This document shows positions 1 through 10,934 of a stretch of 64,000 nt of DNA, piece after piece. The DNA comes from an uncultured Nitrospiraceae bacterium. Lineage in GTDB: Bacteria; Nitrospirota; Thermodesulfovibrionia; Thermodesulfovibrionales; UBA6898. A program made the position numbers and the translations under genes. Below the pieces are notes generated by a model that made no database searches, was not told where the DNA came from, and saw only the letters and a program-made list of their open reading frames with translations. The number at the start of each line of letters is the position of its first letter. Position 1 is the stretch's first letter. The stretch covers positions 352,001 through 416,000 of the forward strand of contig CAWEQH010000004.1 in assembly GCA_963811165.1 (NCBI GenBank), given 5' to 3'.

Positions 1-1
1 G

Positions 2-169
2 ACTTTGCATATCGCGGGAAAGAATATAGATAAGAAAAAAGTGGACCGCGCCGTCGCGCTTTCTCATGAAAAATACTGCTCTGTTTACAATTCACTGAGA
101 AAAGATATGCGCATGAACATAGCCTATGTCATCGAGGACAAAGAACCATCAACGGAGCTCACCGTGTAA
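2..169 (+). CDS. OsmC/Ohr family protein, C-terminal part (runs off window start)
   Basis: Manual translation ...KKVDRAVALSHEKYCSVYNSLRKD...*; the ALSxEKYCSV motif is typical of OsmC/YhfA. Confidence 0.75.
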   Translation, partial: TLHIAGKNIDKKKVDRAVALSHEKYCSVYNSLRKDMRMNIAYVIEDKEPSTELTV

Positions 170-240
170 AGACCGAGGGCGGACGCCAAGACTGTAAGTT
201 ATGGAGCCTCCTTAGTATCGGGATGATGCGAGCGGGCGAG

Positions 241-335
241 CGGATTCTCAACGCTCTAAGGACCCCCGTGCCCAAGGAGGAAAAAACCGTTAGAATGAGG
301 TTCGGTATAGGTCTTGAGAGAAACTACACCCTCAA
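241..335 (+). pseudogene. Remnant of sigma70 (RpoD-like) region 4
   Basis: LRTPVPKEEKTVRMRFGIGLERNYTL resembles RpoD LxTLTPREEKVLRMRFGIG..D.TLEEVG; similarity stops before the HTH. Confidence 0.5.
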
Positions 336-343
336 CATGGCGC

Positions 344-371
344 TCACAAATTCAAATTATGTTCATAATTG
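344..371 (+). promoter_or_regulatory. Conserved upstream box of Cys4 microprotein gene, copy 1
   Basis: TCACAAATTCAAATTATGTTCATAATTG is identical (28/28) to the minus strand of 25565..25592, at a similar distance from the paralogous ATG. Confidence 0.65.
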
Positions 372-428
372 CATGCTATGCCGTTCTGATAAAATTTATT
401 TTTAAATTCATTTTTTAGGAAGGCATAT

Positions 429-629
429 ATGAGCTGCCCCTATTTTGATGAAGGATACTTTGGTGCCTGCGGGGCATCGGAATCAAGGTATGTTCCCAGC
501 ATGGATAAGAGGGAACAATACTGTTTTAAGCAGAGCTACAGATGCTGTCCTACTCTGTTGGAACATCTATACGAAGAAGGTATTGCTGTGGCTAACCGTT
601 CCCCACATAAGAAGCTGTCTCAACAGTAG
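429..629 (+). CDS. Small Cys-rich protein (MSCPYF family, paralog 1)
   Basis: RBS AGGAAGG; C-X10-C-X17-C-X7-C; paralogs at 25291 and 29734. Confidence 0.8.
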   Translation: MSCPYFDEGYFGACGASESRYVPSMDKREQYCFKQSYRCCPTLLEHLYEEGIAVANRSPHKKLSQQ

Positions 630-673
630 CGATTGGGGTTGCCCTTGCATCTGGAGAAACATGAAGGCTGCAT

Positions 674-1225
674 TTATTCTATGGCGGACATGTCTATTTC
701 ACATCCGAAGTGCAGCTGCGCTTTTCTTATAAACTGCTTAATTTCTTTGATATCTATTGATTTCTCAAAAAAAATCTTGTGTATTTTATGTTCAGAATCA
801 ATTAAAAAATGATATCTGTACTGAAATATACCAGACAATAACCAGAAGCCCATCCCGCCCATGAGCCAAAGGGTTATCGGGATCAGGGGTAGCATAGGGT
901 TTCCGGATTCGGCAATTACTTTTACTCCGTCCGCTGTCTGGATGAGCAAATCCCCTCCCGCACTCATCGCGACAAAGAACACGATTAATCCGATCAGGCC
1001 GAACAAAAGAAGGGTAATACCGAAGAAGAATTGAAGGAATGGATTTTTTACCCTCGTGTCATACGAAAGTTTGATCTGCTGAATTCGTTCTCTCTGGATA
1101 GCAATGACGACCCTGTCGCCATCGAACTCATTGATTGCGCTTCTCGAAATCTCCACTTTCGCGCACCTGATCGAATCATGAAAGGTAGCGGCCTTTTTAC
1201 CTATCTTCTCCCGATACGCCGGCAT
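674..1225 (-). CDS. Hypothetical membrane protein (2 TM)
   Basis: Long ORF with two hydrophobic segments; start uncertain (1225 or 1270). Confidence 0.65.
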   Translation of the reverse strand: MPAYREKIGKKAATFHDSIRCAKVEISRSAINEFDGDRVVIAIQRERIQQIKLSYDTRVKNPFLQFFFGITLLLFGLIGLIVFFVAMSAGGDLLIQTADGVKVIAESGNPMLPLIPITLWLMGGMGFWLLSGIFQYRYHFLIDSEHKIHKIFFEKSIDIKEIKQFIRKAQLHFGCEIDMSAIE

Positions 1226-1460
1226 GTTTTTCTCCCACTTTCCTGTTTCGTTACATGTGATTCTGCGCATCCGATTACAATATACCAGTTATCCCTGTCA
1301 TAAGAAATTGGAATATATTCCTATTTCCGAAGGAAAGAATTCTTAGACATGTTTTGCTTGCGTACGGGTATTGACAGTCTTATGACAATAACTAAATGAT
1401 CGTCATTGGGCCGGTCGTGAAGTGGTTGTGAAAGTTGATGGCGAAATGTGCCTCTTATTC

Positions 1461-1489
1461 TTGACAACAGTAGATCTTCGTGGTATAAA
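1461..1489 (+). promoter_or_regulatory. Sigma70 promoter of the cold-shock gene
   Basis: TTGACA-17 bp-TATAAA, with TG upstream of the -10. Confidence 0.75.
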
Positions 1490-1552
1490 ATGTTAACCCG
1501 TGACGACGGGTAACAGTACGTCCTGTAAGGGGAAAAGGAGGAATTACGCAGT

Positions 1553-1756
1553 ATGTCAGTAGAAGGTACTATCAAGTGGTTTAATGAAAAGAAAGGGTAT
1601 GGCTTTATCCAGCAGGACAACGGCCAGGATATCTTTGTCCATTACTCTTCGATCGAGGGGGACGGGTTCAAGACCCTTTCAGAGGGACAGAGGGTCAAAT
1701 TCGAAATCGAGGAAGGCGCAAAGGGACCAAAGGCGATTAACGTCACCAAAATTTGA
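1553..1756 (+). CDS. csp: Cold-shock protein (CspA family)
   Basis: [15 protein letters not shown] (RNP1) and IFVHYS (RNP2); RBS AGGAGG. Confidence 0.97.
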   Translation: MSVEGTIKWFNEKKGYGFIQQDNGQDIFVHYSSIEGDGFKTLSEGQRVKFEIEEGAKGPKAINVTKI

Positions 1757-1873
1757 CCGCATTCTTATTAGACTGATTTTCCCAAGGGCCCGCCTTAGGA
1801 GTTTTCCGGATGAGACGGGCCCTTGATTTCCGCCCGCCGAATTTGACAAAGTCCGGAGATTTATTTATTTTTA

Positions 1874-2731
1874 ATGACCATGAGACTCCCTGACTGGATA
1901 AGGACGCAGTGCCGTGCGGACCGGCATGCAACCAAGCTTGTTTTGAGGAAGTACGGGATCACGACGGTCTGTGAAGAGGCCAGGTGTCCCAATAGCGCAG
2001 AATGTTTCTCGAAACCGACGGCCACGTTCCTGATACTCGGTCCGAACTGTACGAGGGACTGCGGTTTCTGCTCGGTGAGTTCCGCGGCGCCCGGACCTCC
2101 CGATGAAAACGAGCCGGAGAACGTGGCGCGTGCTTCGGAGGAGATAGGGCTGAAATATGTCGTCATCACCTCGGTCACGAGGGATGACCTCCCCGACGGA
2201 GGCGCCGGACATTTCGCAAAGACGATATCGGCGGTCAGGAAAAGGCTGCCCGGGGCGAAGATTGAGGTGCTCACGCCCGATTTCCAAGGCGAAACCGAAG
2301 CGCTCAGGACCGTGCTCGGGGCCCGGCCCGATGTCTTCAACCATAACGTCGAGACGGTCGAACGCCTTTATCCTCATGTGCGGCCTCAGGCGATTTTCCA
2401 GCGCTCCCTTTCGGTACTGAGAGAGGCCAAGACAATCGCTCCCGCTATCCCCACCAAATCCGGTTTTATGCTCGGACTCGGCGAAGATCAGGATGAGGTT
2501 CTGGAGCTCTTGAAAGAACTGAGGCAAACGGGCTGCGATATTGTGACGATAGGGCAGTATCTTAGACCTACGAGGAACAACCTTCCTGTGGTAAAATACA
2601 TTCGCCCCGAGGTCTTCGATTATCTGAGAGAGAAGGCCCGCGACATGGGCTTCTCCTATGTGGCCTCAGGCCCGATGGTCAGGAGCTCGATGAACGCCGC
2701 TGAAATGTACAATCCGGTCCCCGGCCTGTAG
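1874..2731 (+). CDS. lipA: Lipoyl synthase
   Basis: CEEARCPNSAEC auxiliary-cluster motif, CTRDCGFC radical SAM motif, C-terminal VRSS. Confidence 0.97.
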   Translation: MTMRLPDWIRTQCRADRHATKLVLRKYGITTVCEEARCPNSAECFSKPTATFLILGPNCTRDCGFCSVSSAAPGPPDENEPENVARASEEIGLKYVVITSVTRDDLPDGGAGHFAKTISAVRKRLPGAKIEVLTPDFQGETEALRTVLGARPDVFNHNVETVERLYPHVRPQAIFQRSLSVLREAKTIAPAIPTKSGFMLGLGEDQDEVLELLKELRQTGCDIVTIGQYLRPTRNNLPVVKYIRPEVFDYLREKARDMGFSYVASGPMVRSSMNAAEMYNPVPGL

Positions 2732-2760
2732 TCCGCGGCCTTGTGAGGAGGAAACACTGA

Positions 2761-3936
2761 ATGTTTGAATTTAACAGGATCAAAAGATTGCCGCCCTACG
2801 TCTTTGCGATTGTGAACAACCTCAAGATGGAGGCCAGGCGAAAGGGCGACGATATCATCGATCTCGGCATGGGGAACCCCGACGGGGCAACCCCTAAGCA
2901 TATTGTGGAGAAACTGGTCGAGGCAGCAAGGAAGCCGAAGAACCACCGGTATTCCGCATCAAAGGGGATTACGCAGTTGAGGATGGCTATATGCGAGTGG
3001 TACAAGAGGAGATACGACGTCGATCTCGATCCGGAATCCGAGACCGTGGTGACTATAGGCTCCAAAGAGGGATTGTCGCATCTGGTCCTTGCCACCGTGG
3101 GACCGGGCGACGTTGTCCTGACTCCCACCCCTGCATATCCGATACACCCTTACAGCGTGATTATCGCCGGAGGAGAGGTGAGAACCGTCCCCATAGGCGC
3201 AGGTATTGACTTTTTTGAAGAGATGGAGAAGGCATATAAGACCACATGGCCGCGGCCCAAGATGCTGATCATGAACTTCCCTCATAATCCGACTACGCAG
3301 GTAGTGGAGGGGCTTGATTTTTTTAAGAGGGTCGTTGATTTTGCGAAAGAAAACGGGATAATCGTCATCCACGACCTGGCATATGCCGACCTGGTCTACG
3401 GCGATTACAAGGCCCCCAGTTTTTTGCAGGTCCCAGGGGCTCGGGACGTAGGGGTGGAATTTTTCTCTCTTACAAAGAGCTATTCGATGGCCGGATGGAG
3501 AGTAGGTTTCTGCTGCGGAAATAAAGAGATCGTCGGGGCGCTGATAAAGATAAAGAGTTATCTGGATTACGGTATGTTCCAGCCGATCCAGATCGCCAGT
3601 ATTGTTGCGCTCCGCGGTCCCCAGGACTGCGTCGAGGACATTCGAGGGGTTTACGAACGCAGAAGGAATGTGCTGGTGAAGGGGCTCAGGCAGGCGGGCT
3701 GGATAATCGAGCCCCCGAAGGCGACGATGTTTGCATGGGCCGAGATACCCGATGCGTTTAAGAAAATGGGATCTCTCGAGTTCTGCAAACTCCTTATCAG
3801 GAAGGGCGGCGTGGCCGTTTCTCCCGGTATAGGGTTCGGAGAGGGGGGAGACAATTTCGTGAGGTTTGCCCTCGTCGAGAACGAACACCGAATAAGACAG
3901 GCCACGGCCGGAATAAAGAGGGTATTGAACAAATGA
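2761..3936 (+). CDS. alaC: PLP class I/II aminotransferase (AlaC-like)
   Basis: [40 protein letters not shown]; directly upstream of hom. Confidence 0.85.
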   Translation: MFEFNRIKRLPPYVFAIVNNLKMEARRKGDDIIDLGMGNPDGATPKHIVEKLVEAARKPKNHRYSASKGITQLRMAICEWYKRRYDVDLDPESETVVTIGSKEGLSHLVLATVGPGDVVLTPTPAYPIHPYSVIIAGGEVRTVPIGAGIDFFEEMEKAYKTTWPRPKMLIMNFPHNPTTQVVEGLDFFKRVVDFAKENGIIVIHDLAYADLVYGDYKAPSFLQVPGARDVGVEFFSLTKSYSMAGWRVGFCCGNKEIVGALIKIKSYLDYGMFQPIQIASIVALRGPQDCVEDIRGVYERRRNVLVKGLRQAGWIIEPPKATMFAWAEIPDAFKKMGSLEFCKLLIRKGGVAVSPGIGFGEGGDNFVRFALVENEHRIRQATAGIKRVLNK

Positions 3937-5237
3937 TAAACGTAGGGATTATAGGATTTGGAACAGTAGGAACAGGGACTGCAAGCATCCTCTTAAAAAA
4001 CAGAGACCTTCTACGGGAAAGGACCGGTGTCGACATTAACCTAAGGAGGATAGCGGACCTCGATACCAAAAGGGACAGGGGTATCAGGCTCCCAAAGGGG
4101 GTCCTTATCGCCAAGGCGGAGGAACTCCTCGGTGACCCGGATATCCATATAGTGGTCGAACTCATCGGCGGCACGACGGTCGCAAAAGACCTGATACTCA
4201 AGGCAATCAATAGCGGCAAACATGTTGTCACGGCGAACAAGGCCCTTCTTGCCACTTACGGGGCTGAGATATTCAGGGCAGCGGGCAAACGGAACGTCGA
4301 GTTGGGGTTTGAGGCGTCTGTTGCCGGAGGTATCCCTATTGTAAAGGTCATCAGGGAGGGACTTGTGGCCAACAGGATAAAGGCGGTGTACGGCATCATC
4401 AACGGCACCACTAACTATATCCTTACTAAAATGACAGAGGAAAAGGCGGAATTTGCCGAAGTCCTGAGGGAGGCACAGAAGCTCGGTTATGCGGAGGCAG
4501 ACCCTACCTACGATATAGAGGGGATAGACTCGGCCCACAAACTCGCAATCCTTGCCTCGCTCTCTTACGGACCCCGGTTCAGCGTCAAGGACGTGTACCG
4601 TGAGGGCATCTCCTGGATTTCCCCGATGGACATAGAATTTGCCCGCGAGCTCGGATATAAGGTCAAGCTTCTGGCGATAGCAAAAGAGTCCGACGGCAAA
4701 GTCGAGTTGAGGGTCCACCCCACGATGGTACCGGAGGAATATCTCATTTCAAAGGTTGACGGCGTATATAACGCTGTCTACGTAGAAGGTGACGCCGTGG
4801 GTTCGACCCTTTATTACGGCAGGGGCGCCGGGGACATGCCTACGGGGAGCGCGGTCGTCAGCGATATCGCAGAAATAGCGAGAAATATCGTCACCAACTC
4901 CGTCGGGAGGATCTCGCTGGACTCTTCCCGGAGGGCCAAGAATCTCATGAAGATGGACGATGTCCAGTCTATGTATTACTTCAGGTTTTCTGCGATTGAT
5001 AAACCGGGCGTATTATCGAAGATCTCCGGAATACTAGGTAAGTATAATATAAGTATTGTTTCTGTCATCCAGAAGGGCCGGCGAGAGGGGAAGGCCGTGC
5101 CGCTCGTCGTCCTTACCCACAGGGCAAAGGAAAAAAATGTCCTTGCTGCGCTCAAGGAGATAAACAGGCTTTCTATGGTGGCGGACAAGAGCGTTTTTAT
5201 CAGGGTTGAAGGGAAAGAGGGAGACCGGCAGCCCTAA
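3933..5237 (+). CDS. hom: Homoserine dehydrogenase with ACT domain
   Basis: [31 protein letters not shown]-terminal ACT domain (DKPGVL). Confidence 0.96.
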   Translation: MINVGIIGFGTVGTGTASILLKNRDLLRERTGVDINLRRIADLDTKRDRGIRLPKGVLIAKAEELLGDPDIHIVVELIGGTTVAKDLILKAINSGKHVVTANKALLATYGAEIFRAAGKRNVELGFEASVAGGIPIVKVIREGLVANRIKAVYGIINGTTNYILTKMTEEKAEFAEVLREAQKLGYAEADPTYDIEGIDSAHKLAILASLSYGPRFSVKDVYREGISWISPMDIEFARELGYKVKLLAIAKESDGKVELRVHPTMVPEEYLISKVDGVYNAVYVEGDAVGSTLYYGRGAGDMPTGSAVVSDIAEIARNIVTNSVGRISLDSSRRAKNLMKMDDVQSMYYFRFSAIDKPGVLSKISGILGKYNISIVSVIQKGRREGKAVPLVVLTHRAKEKNVLAALKEINRLSMVADKSVFIRVEGKEGDRQP

Positions 5238-5239
5238 AT

Positions 5240-5499
5240 TATAGAACCATACGGTGGACATCCCCTTCGCTCGGGTTATTCCCTCGCGATGGGGAACCTT
5301 GTCCTCGTATGGCTCCAGAATAACTAATTGCGATACCCCAGATTCGGGAAACCCTGAGCTTTTTTATAATATGGGTGCTTCGATAGATGCTTCAGGCTTC
5401 CTCTTTCGAGGCATGCTCACCACATCCAACTCCCGCTCCCTAAACTCAGTAGCTTGATCCTCTGGTTTACCCGCCCGGGGTAACGCAAGCTCTCTTTCT
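5240..5499 (-). ncRNA. Structured ncRNA with 6S-like core (copy A)
   Basis: Own sigma70 promoter; long rod 5328..5488 plus second rod 5244..5315; core shared with 28438..28512. Confidence 0.7.
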
Positions 5500-5505
5500 A
5501 ATTTC

Positions 5506-5534
5506 ATTGTAGCTCGCTATTATGGATTCGTCAA
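5506..5534 (-). promoter_or_regulatory. Sigma70 promoter of ncRNA copy A
   Basis: TTGACG-17 bp-TACAAT on the minus strand; no credible downstream CDS. Confidence 0.75.
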
Positions 5535-5739
5535 GAACGAAATCGGCCAGGCAGTATCTCTAAACTGAGACACAACTATAGGCCATGGGCCATATAGAGA
5601 ATCCAGTGTTTTCAGGGACTTTTGAATTTGTCTCGCCAAAAGATGAGGCTCATATTGATTTTGCGTGAATATTGAGATATGTTTATAAAGGACGGTTTTG
5701 ATTTGCTGTTAATCGCACCTTAAAAGAAGGAGGGAAATC

Positions 5740-5928
5740 ATGGAATTAAACGAAGTAAAGCGCATCGCAGCCAAGCGCGGGATAAAAACGGGGAAGATGA
5801 AAAAAGAAGAGATAATCCGGTCGATCCAGCGGGCCGAAGGGAACTTCGACTGCTTCGGTTCTGCCATTTCCGGGGAATGCTCCCAGACAAACTGCCTTTG
5901 GAGAAAAGACTGCCTGATGAAAGTCTAG
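5740..5928 (+). CDS. Small SAP / Rho-N-like domain protein with Cys-rich tail
   Basis: IAAKRGIKTGKMKKEEIIRSIQRAEGNFDCF...C.Q..CLWR.DC; RBS AAGGAGG. Confidence 0.8.
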   Translation: MELNEVKRIAAKRGIKTGKMKKEEIIRSIQRAEGNFDCFGSAISGECSQTNCLWRKDCLMKV

Positions 5929-6024
5929 CCTTGGCGGCCTTCCTAACTTTTCCATCGCCTCGACAGCACCGATTTGCGCCTCATTATTTTCGGATGCGGA
6001 CCGAAATAAACAATAGGAGAGCAG

Positions 6025-7389
6025 ATGAAGATACGGTCTATTAATCCTTATACCGAAGAGGTCATGAAAGAATTCGACCTCATGACACCAGACGAGGTAG
6101 ACGGAGAAATCGGCAGATCCCGCCGTGCCTTCCTTGCATGGAGGGAAGTACCTGTTTCGGTACGAGCTGAATATGTCGGGAAGTTAGGAGACCATCTGAG
6201 GTCTGAGAAACTCAGGTACGCCGGGACCATCACCTCTGAAATGGGCAAACCCATCAGGGAGTCGGCTTCCGAGATCGAAAAGTGTGCGTGGCTCTGCGAT
6301 TACTACGCTTCGGGAGGGGAGAAACTCCTGGAGCCCGAGCAGATTAAAACCGAGGCGAGGAAAAGCTACGTCCTGTTTCAGCCTCTGGGCATCGTGCTTG
6401 CCGTTATGCCATGGAACTTTCCTTTCTGGCAGGCGTTCCGTTTCGGCATCCCTGCGATCACCGCCGGAAATGTCGTTGTTCTCAAGCATGCATCAAATGT
6501 CCCAATGTCGGCGCTGGCGATTGAGGAGGCGTTTAGGAAGGCCGGGTTTCCCGAAAACATCTTTAAGACCTTTCTCATCCAGCCCCAGGACGCCCTGAGG
6601 CTCATCGATGACGACAAGGTCGATGCAGTATCTTTGACGGGCAGCAATAAAGCGGGGGAGGAAGTCGGGGGCCTGGCAGGCAAGAAAATAAAGAAGCTTG
6701 TCCTTGAACTTGGCGGCTCGGATCCGTTTATCGTCTTAGACGATGCAGACATTGAAAAGGCGGGCAGGACAGCGGCAAACGCCCGGATGATCAATGCCGG
6801 TCAGAGCTGTATCGCGGCAAAGCGCTTCATAGTTATGGAGAAGGTGGGCGAGGAATTCAAGGAGGTCTTTATCGGCCGGTTGAAGGAACTGAAGATCGGC
6901 GACCCGATGGATGAAACCACCGATGTCGGCCCTGTTGCCAAGAAGGAGATTCTCGATTCCCTGCATGAGCAGCTCCGGGATGCGAAGGCGAAGGGCGCTG
7001 AAATCTTACAAATGGAGCATACGTTAAGGAAAGGGCTCTTCTTCCCGCCTTGTGCCGTTTTTAATCCGACTCGGGATATGAAGATCCTGACCGAGGAAGT
7101 CTTCGGCCCCATAGCTCCGATCATCACCGTAAGAGACGAGGACGAAGCAGTCAGGACGGCAAACGACACGCCGTACGGCCTGGGCGCTTCGATCTGGAGC
7201 CGAAACCTGAGACGGGCCGAACGGCTCGCCGCAAGAATTGAAGCGGGGTGCATCGCGGTAAACGATATGGTGAAGTCGGACCCTAGACTCCCCTTCGGGG
7301 GGGTAAAGAAATCGGGGGTCGGCAGGGAACTGTCGCACTACGGGCTGAAGGAATTTGTGAACATCAAAACTGTGGTGGTAAGAGAGTGA
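6025..7389 (+). CDS. NAD(P)-dependent succinate-semialdehyde dehydrogenase family aldehyde dehydrogenase
   Basis: [40 protein letters not shown]. Confidence 0.92.
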   Translation: MKIRSINPYTEEVMKEFDLMTPDEVDGEIGRSRRAFLAWREVPVSVRAEYVGKLGDHLRSEKLRYAGTITSEMGKPIRESASEIEKCAWLCDYYASGGEKLLEPEQIKTEARKSYVLFQPLGIVLAVMPWNFPFWQAFRFGIPAITAGNVVVLKHASNVPMSALAIEEAFRKAGFPENIFKTFLIQPQDALRLIDDDKVDAVSLTGSNKAGEEVGGLAGKKIKKLVLELGGSDPFIVLDDADIEKAGRTAANARMINAGQSCIAAKRFIVMEKVGEEFKEVFIGRLKELKIGDPMDETTDVGPVAKKEILDSLHEQLRDAKAKGAEILQMEHTLRKGLFFPPCAVFNPTRDMKILTEEVFGPIAPIITVRDEDEAVRTANDTPYGLGASIWSRNLRRAERLAARIEAGCIAVNDMVKSDPRLPFGGVKKSGVGRELSHYGLKEFVNIKTVVVRE

Positions 7390-7490
7390 ACCCTAACTGC
7401 ATAAGATGCCGAAGGGAGAAGCTGAAAAAGCCTTGAATGACGGCATGATTTTTTCTTCTTTATTTTATGCAAGTGTGAGGTTGGGCCGGC

Positions 7491-9113
7491 ATGAAGGCGT
7501 CTGATCTTTTGGTGAAGTGCTTAGAGAATGAGGGAGTTGAGTACGTATTCGGCCTGCCGGGCGAAGAGACGCTGGATCTTATGGAGTCACTGAGGACCTC
7601 TACGATACGTTTTGTCCTGACCCGCCATGAGCAGGCTGCCGCATTCATGGCGGACGCCTACGGCCGCTTTACCGGCAAGCCCGGCGTCTGTATCTCCACC
7701 CTTGGTCCTGGTGCCACAAACCTTCTTACGGGGGTGGCTGATGCCTTTTTGGACAAGTCTCCGCTCGTTGCGATAACAGGACAAGCCGACCTCAAAAGGA
7801 TACATAAAGAATCGCATCAGTACATAGATATCGTCGAGATTTACAAGAGCGTGACCAAGTGGAACGGCAGGATAGATTCACCCGATGTAATCCCCGAAAT
7901 GGTGCGCAAGGCTTTTAAGGTTTCGGCAACGGAAAAACCGGGTTCAGTGCACCTGGAGCTTCCCGAAAACGTGGCCGCCATGGAGGTCGGAGAAATGTAC
8001 CAGACTATGATCGCGCCCATCCGCCCCAGAAGAAGTTCACCCGACAGGCAGTCCCTAAGGAAGGCGGCGGAGCTTATCGAACAGGCACGGTTCCCGGTCA
8101 TACTCGCAGGACACGGTGTTGTCCGGAAGTCTGCCGGCAACCGGCTCCAAACATTCGCGGAACTATTCTGTATCCCGGTCGTGACGACTTTTATGGGCAA
8201 GGGCGGAATAACGGCGGAAAGCCACTGCTCGATCGGGACCCTCGGACTCGCACAGGACAGACAGATCGCCGATGTTTTTTCGAAGGCAGACCTCATCATC
8301 GCCATCGGCTACGACCTTGTCGAGTATGCACCCGGGAACTGGAACCCGAAGCTCGATAAAAAAATCATCCACATCGACTTTACCACGAGCGAGGTCGATC
8401 TCCACTATGTGCCGGAAATCGAGATCATCTCAGACATCAGGGAAACCCTTGAACTGATGGAAGGGGTTATGAGCACGAACAAAAAGAGCGAGTGCCTTAT
8501 CTCGATGAGACGTGAATTCGTCGAGGGCTTTGAGAGGGGGGGTGCGGACAGTTCTTGGCCGCCGCGGCCGCCCCGGATTATCTACGGGATACGGAGGGTC
8601 CTCGGGCCGGACGATATCCTTATATCCGATGTGGGCTCCTGTAAGTTCTGGGCCGCAAAATTTTATCCCGTTTACCGCAACAACACCTTTATCCTTTCAA
8701 ACGGGTTCGCTTCCATGGGGTTTTCTCTCCCTTCGGCAATCGTTGCAAAACTCGTCTATCCGGAGAGGAACGTTGTGGCCCTCTGCGGGGACGGCGGCTT
8801 CCTGATGAATCTGCAGGATTTGGAAACGGCATGCAGGCTCGGGCTTAATATCGTCATCGTCATCTTTAACGACAGCGGATACAACCTCATCAAGTGGAAG
8901 TCGGAAAAGAAATTCGGGACCTCCTTCGGTGTCGACTTTTCCAATCCTGATTTTGTCGGGCTCGCCGGAAGCTTTGGCGCCGTCGGCATCAAACTGGAAT
9001 CCTCCAGGGAATTTCAAGACGTGCTCCGGGATGCGTTAACGAAGAGCGTGCCCGTCATAATCGATGTCCCGATAGATTACAGCGATAACGATATGATCTA
9101 CAGGCTTTTGTAA
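7491..9113 (+). CDS. Acetolactate synthase large subunit-like TPP enzyme
   Basis: RHEQAAAFMA, TLGPGATN, GDGGF TPP-binding motif. Confidence 0.92.
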   Translation: MKASDLLVKCLENEGVEYVFGLPGEETLDLMESLRTSTIRFVLTRHEQAAAFMADAYGRFTGKPGVCISTLGPGATNLLTGVADAFLDKSPLVAITGQADLKRIHKESHQYIDIVEIYKSVTKWNGRIDSPDVIPEMVRKAFKVSATEKPGSVHLELPENVAAMEVGEMYQTMIAPIRPRRSSPDRQSLRKAAELIEQARFPVILAGHGVVRKSAGNRLQTFAELFCIPVVTTFMGKGGITAESHCSIGTLGLAQDRQIADVFSKADLIIAIGYDLVEYAPGNWNPKLDKKIIHIDFTTSEVDLHYVPEIEIISDIRETLELMEGVMSTNKKSECLISMRREFVEGFERGGADSSWPPRPPRIIYGIRRVLGPDDILISDVGSCKFWAAKFYPVYRNNTFILSNGFASMGFSLPSAIVAKLVYPERNVVALCGDGGFLMNLQDLETACRLGLNIVIVIFNDSGYNLIKWKSEKKFGTSFGVDFSNPDFVGLAGSFGAVGIKLESSREFQDVLRDALTKSVPVIIDVPIDYSDNDMIYRLL

Positions 9114-9210
9114 AATTCTGGTAAGGGACGCGCAGGGAAAACGTGAAAAACGTGATGAATTGGTCCTCACACGCATCATCAAATGGAACCAACGCAGGTG
9201 CAGTGAGCTG

Positions 9211-10752
9211 CTAATGCACTGCCAAGGTACTGCTGATAAACTGCGACACATCACGCTTCAGTTGGGAAATAGAGCCGCCGTCCAAATACATCATATGCCC
9301 TGACCGGTATCTGTGTGTCGTGACGTTGGTCCTGAGAGTCGGTGTCAACCCCAGATGTGACAAGGTATACTCCGTCGCAAAATAAGGAGTTGCCAGGTCG
9401 AAGCAGCCCGACGCGATGAACAGTTTCATGTAAGGGTTTTTGGCAAAGGTGTTCCGTAAGTTATCACCGACATCGGCATAGCTGTTTTTTGCCTCCCAGT
9501 TCCACTGCCCGATGCCGCCGCCCAAAGTGAAGTACTCCAAATCAGTCTTAAACCCGAGTTCACCACGGACATAGTCGTTGAACGTAGCCGTGAAGGGCGG
9601 CCGGATTGTCGCGATTGTCGGGTCAAAATTGGAAGGCCCCGCCGGATTGAGGTTCAAAGCGGTAAAACGACTGTCCATGTATCCGACCACGCGCCCCTGC
9701 TTCCGGAGAAGCTCATTGACAAAACTTCCACGATCGATGCGCAGGTTTCGGTCATCGATAAAGGCCTTGTCAAGCCCGGTAAATTCCGCCAGCTTTTCCG
9801 CTACCTTCTCGCGCTCCCCGGAAGACAGTCGGTCCCCCTTGCCGAGGGCCGTTACATAACCGGTTTCCGCCCAAACCTCTGCTGCTTCCAGGGTCTTGTC
9901 CAGGTCGGTTTGCGGCGCAAGTTTTTTGTGATACCAGGCCGTCGCAGTGTAGCTGGGGAGGAACAAAACATACGGGAGGTCGTTGCCGCGATCAAAAGAG
10001 GTGGTCTCCAGGTTCATTATGGAAGAGATCATGATAATACCGTTTAGGGCGATGCCATGCTCAACCAGATACTCCGACAGGCCGGCGGCACGGAACGTCC
10101 CATAGCTTTCCCCAACCAAAAAAAGCGGTGAACTCCAACGCTCATACTGTGTCAGATAAAGCCTTACAAATCCGCCCACCGAATCTATATCGCCCGACAC
10201 CGAGGCAAACTTCTTGGTAAGTTCCGGCTTGACTGCCCGGCTATAGCCCGTGCCGACCGGGTCTATAAAGACCAGGTCGGCCTTATCCAGCCAGGTGAAC
10301 TCATTGTCCGCCAGCACGTACGGTGGCGGCGGCATACTGCCGTCTGCGCGCATTTGGACACGCCGGGGACCGACGGCACCGAGGTGGAGCCAGACGGCTG
10401 AAGCACCGGGTCCACCGTTAAATACGAACAAAAGAGGCCTCTTACTGCCGAAAGCTGAGTTGTCGCCTACCGTGTAAGCAATAAAAAAGATCTGTGCCTC
10501 AGTTTCGCCGGCATTATTCATTATCGGCAGTTGGCCTGCCGTTGCGGTGTAGCTTATTTCCCCTCCCTCCAGGGTCACCTTGTGTTCGGTGACCGAAGGT
10601 TTTGCCATGGGGACTTCATACTTACTCTTTACCGGCTGTTTTTCCCCGGCCTTGTCCTTATCGGCAACAATAACGGTCTCCGTAGCCGTCGGCGACGGAG
10701 GGTGGGGTGTATCGGCCATCAACGCTGCCGCCAGCAGTATGGATAAAAACAA
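9211..10752 (-). CDS. Secreted serine carboxypeptidase (S10 family)
   Basis: Signal peptide; FNGGPG, DPVGTGYS, GESYG nucleophile, GHMMY. Confidence 0.93.
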   Translation of the reverse strand: MFLSILLAAALMADTPHPPSPTATETVIVADKDKAGEKQPVKSKYEVPMAKPSVTEHKVTLEGGEISYTATAGQLPIMNNAGETEAQIFFIAYTVGDNSAFGSKRPLLFVFNGGPGASAVWLHLGAVGPRRVQMRADGSMPPPPYVLADNEFTWLDKADLVFIDPVGTGYSRAVKPELTKKFASVSGDIDSVGGFVRLYLTQYERWSSPLFLVGESYGTFRAAGLSEYLVEHGIALNGIIMISSIMNLETTSFDRGNDLPYVLFLPSYTATAWYHKKLAPQTDLDKTLEAAEVWAETGYVTALGKGDRLSSGEREKVAEKLAEFTGLDKAFIDDRNLRIDRGSFVNELLRKQGRVVGYMDSRFTALNLNPAGPSNFDPTIATIRPPFTATFNDYVRGELGFKTDLEYFTLGGGIGQWNWEAKNSYADVGDNLRNTFAKNPYMKLFIASGCFDLATPYFATEYTLSHLGLTPTLRTNVTTHRYRSGHMMYLDGGSISQLKRDVSQFISSTLAVH

Positions 10753-10934
10753 AATCGCGACCTCCTGCAGTCGAAAGTAAACCTAATTAACATCTTACCA
10801 CACTTGTGTCGCGGCGCTTGATAGGGCCTTTTTATCTGAAGGACTGTATTGGGAGTGTTTTTACCGCGGCCTTCTTCCAGACAACCTCATCTGTTGATAT
10901 CTTAGCGGTAAAAAATGCGCTATAATTTATGTAG

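Noticed and set aside
5254..5507. ORF 5254..5457 (+) and a short minus-strand ORF starting at 5507
   Set aside because: No protein features; the minus-strand ATG overlaps the -10 box; the region is better explained as ncRNA
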